A stretch of DNA of 64,000 nt from Candidatus Eiseniibacteriota bacterium. Its GTDB lineage: Bacteria; Eisenbacteria; RBG-16-71-46. The notes under the pieces were generated by a model. It did not search any database. It had not been told where the DNA came from and saw only the letters and a program-made list of their open reading frames with translations. The DNA is taken from positions 1,120,001 to 1,184,000 of the forward strand of contig CAVSAC010000014.1 in assembly GCA_963725865.1 (NCBI GenBank). The letters run 5' to 3'. A program made the translations under genes and the position numbers. Positions 1 through 8,251 of the stretch are shown here, in pieces. The first letter of the stretch is position 1; each line of letters opens with the position of its first letter.

Positions 1-2
1 GC

Positions 3-590
3 ATGGAGTGGGCGCAGATCCCGATGCAGCGCGCGGGCGACCGGCTGGTCGCCGAGCTGCCGTGGCAGCCGCCGGCCGGCGTGCTGAAGTACCGCGTCGT
101 GCTCGAGGCGAACGGCGAGAGCGTGGCGATCCCGGAGCGTGAGGACGTCACGATCCGCTACACCGGTCCGGTGCCGGCCGGCATCCTCGTGCCGCACATT
201 CTGCTGATGATCACCGCCATGCTGATGTCCACGCGCGCCGGGCTCGAGTGCTTCGCGCGCCAGCCGCGGCTGCGCGCCTACTCGCGCTGGGCGCTCGGCG
301 TGCTGTTCGTCGGCGGCATGATCTTCGGACCGCTCGTCCTGAAGCACGCGTTCGGCATCTGGTGGAGTGGGTGGCCGCTGGGTGGGGACATCACCGACAA
401 CAAGACGCTCATCGCGCTCGTCGGCTGGATCGTCGCGACGCTGGTCGCACATCGCGCGCGGGCCGCGAAGCCGTGGGTGTTCGCCGCGTCCGTGCTGATG
501 TTCCTCGTGTTCATGATCCCGCACAGCTACCGCGGCACCGGTTTCGAGCCGGCGCCGCCGCCGCCCGGCAGCGGCGTGCTCGTCCGCTGA
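3..590 (+). CDS. Membrane protein of unknown function (5'-truncated by window edge)
   Basis: Open frame from the window start: a soluble beta-rich segment followed by about 4 hydrophobic helices (ILVPHILLMITAML, WALGVLFVGGMIFG, TDNKTLIALVGW). The Met at 3 is probably internal. Confidence 0.75.
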   Translation: MEWAQIPMQRAGDRLVAELPWQPPAGVLKYRVVLEANGESVAIPEREDVTIRYTGPVPAGILVPHILLMITAMLMSTRAGLECFARQPRLRAYSRWALGVLFVGGMIFGPLVLKHAFGIWWSGWPLGGDITDNKTLIALVGWIVATLVAHRARAAKPWVFAASVLMFLVFMIPHSYRGTGFEPAPPPPGSGVLVR

Positions 591-600
591 CGCGCGCCGA

Positions 601-2262
601 CTAGCGTCGCACGCCGCCCGCGAACGGCGGGTGCAGCCGCGCGAGCACCAGCGTGGGCGTGCGCAGCACGATCTCGATCGGGCCGCCCGGCCGCGACGCG
701 ACCGCGCTCTCGTGCGCCGGGCGGAACGCCGCGTACACGAGCGAATCCGGCGCGAGCCAGTCACCGAGCGGCGCGTCGTACGACCCCACGACGACCAGGT
801 CGTGACGCGAGTACAGCCGCAGCGACGGCGGGGGCGGCTCGTCCAGCACCAGCGGCGCGCGCGGGTGCGCGGCGGCGTCGAGCGCGGCGGCGATCGAACG
901 CGCGCTCACGTAGTCCTCCATGGCGGGCAGCACGCGAAGCGTCGTGATCGGCGCCCCGAGCGCGACCGGCAGCGCGAGCAGCGCGGCCGCCAGTCGGCGG
1001 CGGCCGGCGAGCTGGGCGAGGAACGGCAGCCAGCCGGTCGCGAACGTGGTCGCGCCGAGCAGCCGCAGTCCCGGCGCGGCGTCCGCCACGCGCGAAGCGA
1101 CGAGCACGCACAGCAGGCCGGCGACCGAGCCGGCGAGCGCGAGCAGCAGCGTCGCGCGGCCGAGCGCCGCGGCGAGCCGCACGGGCGCCTCCTCGAGGTG
1201 GTCGACGAACCGGCCGCACAGCAGCGCGGCCGCCGGCAGCACCGGCAGCGCCGCGGTCAGCGGCGGGCCCGGGTACAGCGCCATCGGCACGCCCGCGACC
1301 AGCAGGCACGCCACGAAGTAGTGCGCCGCGGCCTCCTCGCGGCGCTCGCGCACCAGCGGGTCGCCCGGCATCGGCGCCGCGCCCGGCGTCGCGAGGCGAT
1401 GTGCCCCGCGCCAGCCGTACGCGGCATGGCGCACCGCCTCCGGAACCAGCGCCGCCCACGGGAACATCCCGACCGCCGCGAACGACAACGCGAGCGGAAT
1501 GCCCGAGTACCACGGCCCCGGCACGCCGGCGCCGTACGGGAAGAATGGCGCGTGCACCGCGAACGCCGAGCCGTGGCGGTCGATCATCGCGCCGTACCAG
1601 GGCAGCGCGAGCCCGAGCATGAGCAGCATGCCGGCGACCGGACGCGCGTTGCGCGAGCCCTCGGGACGGCGCGCGAGCGCGGTGTACAGCGCGAGCGCGC
1701 CGATCGGCCACAGCGCGGGCAGCGGCCCCGCGATCACGAGTGCGGCGGCGAGCGCGCTCCAGGTCACGACCAGCCGCGCATCGCGCCCGCGCGGGTCGCC
1801 GAACAGCGCGTCCGCGAACCCGGCGGCGCCCAGCCAGCCGAGGCCGGTGGCGATCAACTGCGTGCCGTCGGTGCGCGCCGCGTGCGGGAGCGCCAGCATG
1901 GTCGCGAGCGCGGCGCTCGCGCTCCAGCCGGCGCGGGCGCCGAAGTAACGCGCCCCGATCGTGCCGGTGAGCAGCACGAGCGCCAGCGCCAGCGCGGCGC
2001 GGGCGAGGCGGATGCGCAGCGGCGATCCGGGGTCGCCGGTCGTGAACCACGCCGCGAGCGCGTCGGGCACGTACGCGAGCGAGGGTTTCTCGAACAGCGC
2101 CTCGTGACCGAGCAGCGGCGTGATGACCTCGCGCCGCTCGAGCAGCTCGCGTGCGACCACCGCGTCGCGCGCCTCGCGGATGTCCGTGAAACCGGGTTGG
2201 CGCAGGCCCGTGAACAGGACGAGCACGCACGCGACGAGGAGCACCACCGGGGCGAGGCGCAT
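601..2262 (-). CDS. ArnT/PMT-like (GT-C fold) membrane glycosyltransferase
   Basis: N-terminal TM followed by 'DIREARDAVVAREL', 'TPLLGHEALFEKPSL' (cf. ArnT P..NG..YFEKPPL), 'LALPWY' and 'FPW'; many TM helices. Confidence 0.8.
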   Translation of the reverse strand: MRLAPVVLLVACVLVLFTGLRQPGFTDIREARDAVVARELLERREVITPLLGHEALFEKPSLAYVPDALAAWFTTGDPGSPLRIRLARAALALALVLLTGTIGARYFGARAGWSASAALATMLALPHAARTDGTQLIATGLGWLGAAGFADALFGDPRGRDARLVVTWSALAAALVIAGPLPALWPIGALALYTALARRPEGSRNARPVAGMLLMLGLALPWYGAMIDRHGSAFAVHAPFFPYGAGVPGPWYSGIPLALSFAAVGMFPWAALVPEAVRHAAYGWRGAHRLATPGAAPMPGDPLVRERREEAAAHYFVACLLVAGVPMALYPGPPLTAALPVLPAAALLCGRFVDHLEEAPVRLAAALGRATLLLALAGSVAGLLCVLVASRVADAAPGLRLLGATTFATGWLPFLAQLAGRRRLAAALLALPVALGAPITTLRVLPAMEDYVSARSIAAALDAAAHPRAPLVLDEPPPPSLRLYSRHDLVVVGSYDAPLGDWLAPDSLVYAAFRPAHESAVASRPGGPIEIVLRTPTLVLARLHPPFAGGVRR

Positions 2263-2428
2263 GGGAGCGCCAGCCTAGCAGAGGCCGCGATCCCGCACGA
2301 CGCGCCGCCGCGTCGCGCTCCGGCGTCCGCGCGCACGCGGCGCCCCATCACGCCGGCGGCGGCGCGAGCCCGAGACGCGCGACGGGGCGCCGCCCGGGTG
2401 GGCGACGCCCCGTGCGCCCGCGGCGGCG

Positions 2429-5400
2429 CTACGGCAGTCGCACCACGCGCCGCACCAGCTCGGCGGTGCCGGCCGGGCCGGCCAGACGCAGCCGCGCGTA
2501 GTACACCCCGGCCGCGACCGCCGACCCATGGCCGTCGCGCCCGTCCCACGCCGCCGCGTGTGCACCCGCCGGCAACTCGTCGCGCACCAGCGAGCGCACC
2601 AGACGTCCCTGCACGTCGAGGACGTCCAGCCGCACGGCGGCCGGCGCCGGCAGCGCGAACGCCAGCTCGCTCGAACCGCGCGCCGGGTTCGGCCGCGGCA
2701 CTGCGAACTGCACCGAGATCGGCAGGTCGGGATCGCCCGGAAGCACCTGGGTCACTGCGTCGGGTTCGCACGCCAGGCAGCCCTGGCGCTCGGGGTTGTA
2801 TCCCGCCATCGGCCACCAGCTGCGCAGCATCGCGCCGTTGCGGTAGACCGGAGTGCCGAGATCGACCACCACCAGCCGCGGATCGGCCTCGGTCGTGAAC
2901 ACCACCTCGAGCCGTCCGTCGGCATCGACGTCCCCGCTCGCGGGGGACACGGTGCTGCGGCCGTTCAGCTCCTTCGGCCAGCCCGGCACCAGCGCGCCGT
3001 TGTTCTGCCAGGCGTAGCCGAGCCCGCAGCGCGAGCCTGCGATCACCATCCAGTAGTACGGCGGACCCGGCGTCACGTCCATGACCGGCATGCCGCGCAG
3101 GAACCAGCCGTCGCCGGTCGAGTTCGGCCACGAGCCGATCGACGAGCCGTCGGACATCAGCGCGTGCAGGTGCGGCGCCGCCGCGTCCTCGATCGCGAAC
3201 GCCAGCTCCGGTTCGAAGCCCGCCCAGATGTGCGCGAGCGCGACGCTGGTGATCGAGTACGACGTACCGTCGTGCCACGGCCAGCCGGTCTTGTCGGTCC
3301 CGTCGTGGTGGAACACGTACACGTCGCCCTGCAGCGTGGGGCCGGTGATCTCGAGGTTTCCGTCGAGGTCGAGATCCCCGAGCGTCGGCGCGCTGGCGAA
3401 CTGCTTGCCGGCGCTGGTGAGATTGCGGTACCAGCGGGTCGTGCCCGCCGCGCTCTGGACGTTCATGAACCCGCCGAACAGCTCCACCACCTCGTTCGCC
3501 CCGTCGCCGTCCACGTCACCGATCGCGGCCGGCCCCGCCACGGCGGCCACCTTGTAGGACGGCCAGCCGGGCGCCAGCGAACCGTCGAGCAGGCGCACCT
3601 CGAACCGCGTCCCACTCGCGATCACGACCTGGTGCGGCGATCCCGGCAGCAGCGCGCCGAGCGAGACGTACGCCGGCGCGCCGGTCCCCGTGGTGACGGG
3701 CCAGCCCGCGAGCGGCGTGCCGTCGTTGCGCCACGCGTAGACCACACCGGTGGAGTTCCCGGCCACGACCTCGTTGCGACCGTCGCCATTCAGGTCGCCG
3801 ATCGCGATCGGGGAGTCGTGCCCGAATGCGCCGATGTTCCGCGGCCAGCCCGCGAGCAGACTGCCGTCGTGGTTGCGCACCTGCACGTCGCCGTTCGCGT
3901 CACCGAACACGATCTCGGACTGGGGATCACCGTCCAGTTCGCAGATCGCCGGCGGCGAGACCACGCCCGCCGGCAGCGCGAGCGGCATGCCGGCCTCGAG
4001 GTTCGGCCAACCCGGGTCGCGGTGCCACTCGGCGTCGAAGAAGACGGTGTCCGCGCCGCTGCCGGCGAGCTCCCGCGGCCACACCATCCCGATCCGGTCC
4101 CCGTGCGTGGGGTCGTAGTCGAAGTTGCGGCGCATCGCGTTCGCGTATCCGTCGAAGTACGAGCGGTCCGCGAGCGGCTGGAGCGGGGTCCACGCCCAGG
4201 GCGCGTTGTTCGGAGCGCGGGTGACCCCGTAGTCCTCGGAGGAGGACATCCCGGCCCCGATGAATCCTTCGACGCCCGGCAGCGCCTTGAGCGCGAAGAA
4301 GTGGACGCCATTCAGCGAGTCCTGGTAGGCCGCCGGCCACGTGGCGCCCGCGTCGCTCGAGCCCCACACGCCGGCGCCGATCATCAGGCCGTCGGTGCGG
4401 ATCACCTCCCAGCCGATCGCCATCCACATGTTCCCGTAGGCGGCCGCGACCGACGGTGTCTGCTCGTTCCGGCCGTCGTTGTTCGCCGTCAGATAGACGA
4501 TCGGCTGCCAGTCCGCCACGCCACCCGCGGCGCGATTGCTGGCGCGCCGATAGCGCACCGCATCGTCGGCGCTCCCGTCGTCGGTGGAGAACTGGAACAC
4601 GCAGTGCACGAACCCGTTCCAACCGTAGCGCACCTGGGCCAACCCGTAGTCGCGGGTGGCCATCGTCATGTTCGCGATCTTGTAGCCGGGCTCCCAGCCC
4701 GCGCCGAACGTGGCGGAGCGGGTGAACCACACGTCGCCGCCGTCGGCATCCAGGCCGGTGGCCGTCAGGAACAAGGTATAGCTGGCCACGTTGATCGCGT
4801 CCGAGTCGAGGCTCGGATCTCCGAAGTTCACGTCGGCCTGCGCCAACGCGGTCGCCACGGTCCACGCGGGGCTGGCGCCCGTCAGCGGCGACCACGCCAC
4901 GCGGACCTGCCCCACGCTTCCACCGGCGCTGTATCGGTACGCGAGGAAGAGGCGGTCCTGGTCGCCTTCCGCGACGCTCAACGCGGGCTGGTCGTAGCGC
5001 GCGCCCGCCTCGCCGCCGAGCGTGCCCCAAGCCTGCCAGGAGCGACCGGCGTCGGTCGAACGCATCACTCGCAAGTACGACAGCGTCACGCTCTCCATGA
5101 CCCAGACCACCGTGAACAGGGTGCCGTCGGAGGCGAAGGCGAGGGGCTGCCGGGTCTCGGAGTGGAGGTAGGTCTCCGCCGACACGATCACGTCGTCGCC
5201 GCCGATCACGTCGAAGTCGGTCGTGCCCTCGGCGGCCGCGGGCAGGCGGGGCGCGGGTTGCGGCGCGCGCACGGGCGCCAGTGGCGGTGATCCGCCGGAC
5301 GCCAGGCCGGGCGGCTGATCGGGATCCGAGGGGCTCGTCGCCCCGTGAGCCGGGGCCACCAGGATGGAGGTCATCAACCAGACGAGCGCGAGTGCGGCCA

Positions 5401-5470
5401 GGATCAAGAGAACGAGCTCGTGACCCATCGACTTCGGCACGCGCCGGGGCATCGGCGATCCGCGCGACAT
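2429..5470 (-). CDS. Large secreted protein: BNR/Asp-box repeats + FG-GAP-like repeats + C-terminal FlgD-Ig-like domain
   Basis: Start moved to ATG 5470 (GGAG RBS upstream). Signal peptide; Asp-boxes (RSTDAGRSW, GSSDAGATW); FG-GAP repeats (GDLNGDGRNEVV, GDVDGDGANEVV, GDVDADGRLEVV); tail 'PRPNPARG...VLDVQGRLVRSL...WDGRDGHG...AGVYYARL'. Confidence 0.85.
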   Translation of the reverse strand: MSRGSPMPRRVPKSMGHELVLLILAALALVWLMTSILVAPAHGATSPSDPDQPPGLASGGSPPLAPVRAPQPAPRLPAAAEGTTDFDVIGGDDVIVSAETYLHSETRQPLAFASDGTLFTVVWVMESVTLSYLRVMRSTDAGRSWQAWGTLGGEAGARYDQPALSVAEGDQDRLFLAYRYSAGGSVGQVRVAWSPLTGASPAWTVATALAQADVNFGDPSLDSDAINVASYTLFLTATGLDADGGDVWFTRSATFGAGWEPGYKIANMTMATRDYGLAQVRYGWNGFVHCVFQFSTDDGSADDAVRYRRASNRAAGGVADWQPIVYLTANNDGRNEQTPSVAAAYGNMWMAIGWEVIRTDGLMIGAGVWGSSDAGATWPAAYQDSLNGVHFFALKALPGVEGFIGAGMSSSEDYGVTRAPNNAPWAWTPLQPLADRSYFDGYANAMRRNFDYDPTHGDRIGMVWPRELAGSGADTVFFDAEWHRDPGWPNLEAGMPLALPAGVVSPPAICELDGDPQSEIVFGDANGDVQVRNHDGSLLAGWPRNIGAFGHDSPIAIGDLNGDGRNEVVAGNSTGVVYAWRNDGTPLAGWPVTTGTGAPAYVSLGALLPGSPHQVVIASGTRFEVRLLDGSLAPGWPSYKVAAVAGPAAIGDVDGDGANEVVELFGGFMNVQSAAGTTRWYRNLTSAGKQFASAPTLGDLDLDGNLEITGPTLQGDVYVFHHDGTDKTGWPWHDGTSYSITSVALAHIWAGFEPELAFAIEDAAAPHLHALMSDGSSIGSWPNSTGDGWFLRGMPVMDVTPGPPYYWMVIAGSRCGLGYAWQNNGALVPGWPKELNGRSTVSPASGDVDADGRLEVVFTTEADPRLVVVDLGTPVYRNGAMLRSWWPMAGYNPERQGCLACEPDAVTQVLPGDPDLPISVQFAVPRPNPARGSSELAFALPAPAAVRLDVLDVQGRLVRSLVRDELPAGAHAAAWDGRDGHGSAVAAGVYYARLRLAGPAGTAELVRRVVRLP

Positions 5471-5708
5471 GGGACACTCCTGCGCTTCCGTCCCGGGGCA
5501 GGGCGGAAGCCGAGGGCGGTCGCGCGCGGACAAGGCAGGGCGCCGGGCGCCGGGCGCGAGCGGGGCGTGGAGGGTCCACGAGTAGTGTGGACGCGTGGAT
5601 CGCGCGTGCCATGCCTCCGCTTGGAGACACGAGTGGCGTGCGCATCCGGGTGGCCGTTGTGGCCGGATACACACGCCGCTGGAGTGACCGCGAGGCGCGG
5701 TGGTGGGA

Positions 5709-5846
5709 TCAGACTGCAGGTGGCGACAGCATGACGAACAGCAGGAACGCCAGTGCCAGCGACAGCAGCAGGACGAGCAGGAGGTCGTGCAGCATCGGCC
5801 GCGATCGCCGACGCTGTCGCTCCTGGGGCGACAGGGACTCGGACAT
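5709..5846 (-). CDS. 45-aa single-TM small protein, not in the ORF track (MSESLSPQERQRRRSRPMLHDLLLVLLLSLALAFLLFVMLSPPAV)
   Basis: Translated by hand from ATG 5846 to TGA 5709. GGAG RBS upstream, G/C-ending codons, one hydrophobic helix. Confidence 0.65.
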   Translation of the reverse strand: MSESLSPQERQRRRSRPMLHDLLLVLLLSLALAFLLFVMLSPPAV

Positions 5847-6057
5847 GGCACGTCACTCCGCGCACGCGAGGGGGCACTCGCGGTACGCCGAGAGAACGAC
5901 TCCGGCGGCAGAGCGACTCACTCCCCGGGACGCCGCCGGTGCAGCTTTGCTGCAAGCGGCACTATATAGTGGGGGTGCGCGGAGGCCATGTCTCTTTCGG
6001 GAGCAGGATGCAAAGTCCTCCGGAATCGAACTGCCCATGCGGGCAGCCTGCGCAACC

Positions 6058-6085
6058 AACCCTTCCAGCCTTCGAGGCGACTAAA
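6058..6085 (+). promoter_or_regulatory. Putative ECF-sigma (autoregulatory) promoter
   Basis: AAC(6058-60)-N17-CGACTAAA(6078-85) fits the ECF AAC-N17-CGNC pattern. It lies about 6 nt before the GTG/ATG of the ECF sigma gene. Confidence 0.5.
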
Positions 6086-6094
6086 CCACGAGTG

Positions 6095-6685
6095 ATGCGA
6101 GACGACGCCCCCCCTGACGCCGACCGACTGCTGATCGAGGCGCTGCTCGATCGGAGGGACGAGAAGGCGTTCCGCGAGCTGTACCGCCGGCACACGCCGG
6201 CGCTGTACCAGCTCCTGCTGCGCATGCTCGGCGGCGACGATCACGACGCCGAGGACATCGTGCAGGAGACTTGGGTGCAGGCGGTCAAGAGCCTCGCGGG
6301 ATTCCGGGGGTCGTCGAGCTTCCGCACGTGGCTCACGGCGATCGGGATCAACCGCTGCCGGAACCTGTTCCGAAGCCGCCAGCGCAGGAACACGGTGCCG
6401 ATGATGGAGGACTGGGACCCGCCGGCGCCGGTGGTGCCGCAGAACGAGCGCATCGACCTCGAACGAGCGATCGCGCTGCTGCCGGACGGTTACCGCGCGG
6501 TGCTGGTGCTGCACGACGTCGAGGGCTTCACGCACGAGGAGATCGCGACCCGGCTGGGCATCAGCCCGGGTACGTCGAAGAGTCAGCTGTTCTGGGCGCG
6601 CCGGTCGATCCGGGGCCTGCTGGAACCGGCGGCATCGAGGAGGGAGCGAGATCATGAACGACGAGCTGAGCCCGAACGAGCGTGA
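6095..6685 (+). CDS. ECF (sigma-70 group 4) RNA polymerase sigma factor
   Basis: Region 2 'DAEDIVQETW...FRGSSSFRTWLTAIGINRC'; region 4 'LPDGYRAVLVLHDVEGFTHEEIA..LGISPGTSKSQLFWAR'. Start GTG 6092 or ATG 6095. Confidence 0.93.
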   Translation: MRDDAPPDADRLLIEALLDRRDEKAFRELYRRHTPALYQLLLRMLGGDDHDAEDIVQETWVQAVKSLAGFRGSSSFRTWLTAIGINRCRNLFRSRQRRNTVPMMEDWDPPAPVVPQNERIDLERAIALLPDGYRAVLVLHDVEGFTHEEIATRLGISPGTSKSQLFWARRSIRGLLEPAASRRERDHERRAEPERA

Positions 6686-7174
6686 CGCATTCGACGCGCT
6701 CCCGCGCGAGCAGTCCACGCCGCGGGCGCTCGAGGAGCGGGTGGTGACGGCGCTGCATCGCGAGGGGCTGCTGAGCGAACCGCGCGGCGTCCGCGCGCCG
6801 TGGTGGGCGTGGCGTCTGGCCCCGGCGATGGCGGCGGGGCTCGCGTTGTTCGTGGGCGGCATCCTCGTCGGTTCGCAGCTCGGGCGCGCACCGGCACCCG
6901 CGCGTCCGGGGCCGGCGACCGCGCGACCCGCATCGAGCGGAGCGGCACCGACTACCTCGCGGCACTCGTGGCGCTCAGCCGCACCGGGGACACGACCCGG
7001 TCGCCCGAGCGCACGCGCGGACGCCAGGCCGCGAGCCGCATCCTGCGCCAGGCCGCGCAGGAGGTGGCGCGTCTCGATCCGAACGATCCACTGGCCACGC
7101 GCATCCTCGACGCGGGTGAGGCGGCCGGCACCGAGCTGGCGAGCAACGAGGCGACCCACATCGTCTGGTACTGA
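6654..7174 (+). pseudogene. Putative membrane anti-sigma factor, split by a frameshift near 6890-6920
   Basis: The frame from 6654 gives 'MNDELSPNERDAFDALPRE...LEERVV..L' plus a TM helix, then low-complexity sequence. The protein-like helical C-terminus (RIERSGTDYLAALVAL...LDPNDPL...HIVWY*) is in the -1 frame, ending at 7174. Confidence 0.65.
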
Positions 7175-7245
7175 GCCTTCGGCACGGAGGTGTGCGCGCC
7201 CGCGAGCGCCGGGAGTCGGTTCCCGGGAGACGGTCGCGCGAGGGG

Positions 7246-8157
7246 ATGATCGGCATGATGAGGATGGACCGGATGGAGAAGAGGATCTCGATCGCGCTCG
7301 CCGGAGTGGTCGTGCTGGCCACGCTCGCCGCCTGGGGCGCGGCCATCGGACTCTCGGCGTGTGCCGCATACGCCGGCGAGTCTCCCGCCGCTCCCGCGAC
7401 CCGGCCGAGCCGGGTGCGCGTGGTGGCGCCGAAGTCACCGCCCGCGGATCCCGATCGCGCTGCGTTGCCGGAGCCCGCGCGCGCACCGCTGCCGCCGATG
7501 CCCGACGAGGTGTCCGCGCGCGGATGGTTCGGGATGGCGTTCACGTGCAGCGAGTGCACCATCCAGGCGCGCACCGGCGACAGTCCTCCCGTGTGGGACT
7601 TCGCCGAGCCCCCGCAGGTCTACCGGGTGGAGCCGGGCGGACCGGCCGAGCGGGCCGGCATCCTGCCGGGCGACGTGCTCACCAAGATCGACGGCACCGC
7701 GCTCGATTCCGCCGAGGGCGGCCGGCGTTTCGGCGCCGTCGAGCCCGGCCAGAAGGTGCGATGGACGGTGCGACGCGGAGCGGCCACGCGCCTGCTCACC
7801 GTGGTCGCCGGCGAGCGCCCGGGGCAGAGCCTGAGCCGTGATTCACAGCTGATGCTGCTCGACGAGCAGCTCGCGCGCATCATGGACCAGCAGGACCTCA
7901 CGCAGATGCGGCGCGAGGTGGAGCGTGCGCGGGCGCAGATGTCGCAGCTCCGCCTCGAGCGCGCGTTGCGCACGCGGTCCAGCGTTCGGATCCCGCCGAT
8001 CGCGCAGCCGCTGCGCTACGCCGGCCAGATCGGCTGTTCGAACGTCGACGTGCGCGGCGCGGGCGCCGTGAACGTGACCGTGAGCCAGGACGGCGACGAG
8101 ATCGTGATCTCGACCGGTGATGCGACGGTGCGCGTGAAGGCGGGGGAGAAGAAGTAG
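7246..8157 (+). CDS. Secreted/membrane-anchored PDZ-domain protein
   Basis: Hydrophobic N-terminus; PDZ 'GWFGMAF...VYRVEPGGPAERAGILPGDVLTKIDG'; coiled coil. Start uncertain among several ATGs at 7246-7273. Confidence 0.8.
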   Translation: MIGMMRMDRMEKRISIALAGVVVLATLAAWGAAIGLSACAAYAGESPAAPATRPSRVRVVAPKSPPADPDRAALPEPARAPLPPMPDEVSARGWFGMAFTCSECTIQARTGDSPPVWDFAEPPQVYRVEPGGPAERAGILPGDVLTKIDGTALDSAEGGRRFGAVEPGQKVRWTVRRGAATRLLTVVAGERPGQSLSRDSQLMLLDEQLARIMDQQDLTQMRREVERARAQMSQLRLERALRTRSSVRIPPIAQPLRYAGQIGCSNVDVRGAGAVNVTVSQDGDEIVISTGDATVRVKAGEKK

Positions 8158-8163
8158 CGGACG

Positions 8164-8190
8164 GCCCCGGCGCGATCGAGCGACCGGGGC
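8164..8190. terminator. Hairpin between convergent genes
   Basis: GCCCCGG...CCGGGGC inverted repeat immediately after the PDZ gene stop. Confidence 0.45.
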
Positions 8191-8251
8191 ACCTCCGCGT
8201 GGGGTTCCCGATTCACATCCGCGCGGCCCGATCCGGTCGCGCGGGTCCGGA

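Noticed and set aside
5941..5971. Palindromes GCAGCTTTGCTGC and CACTATATAGTG between the sORF and the ECF sigma gene
   Set aside because: Possibly regulatory, but no cognate factor or correctly spaced -35/-10 pair could be assigned.
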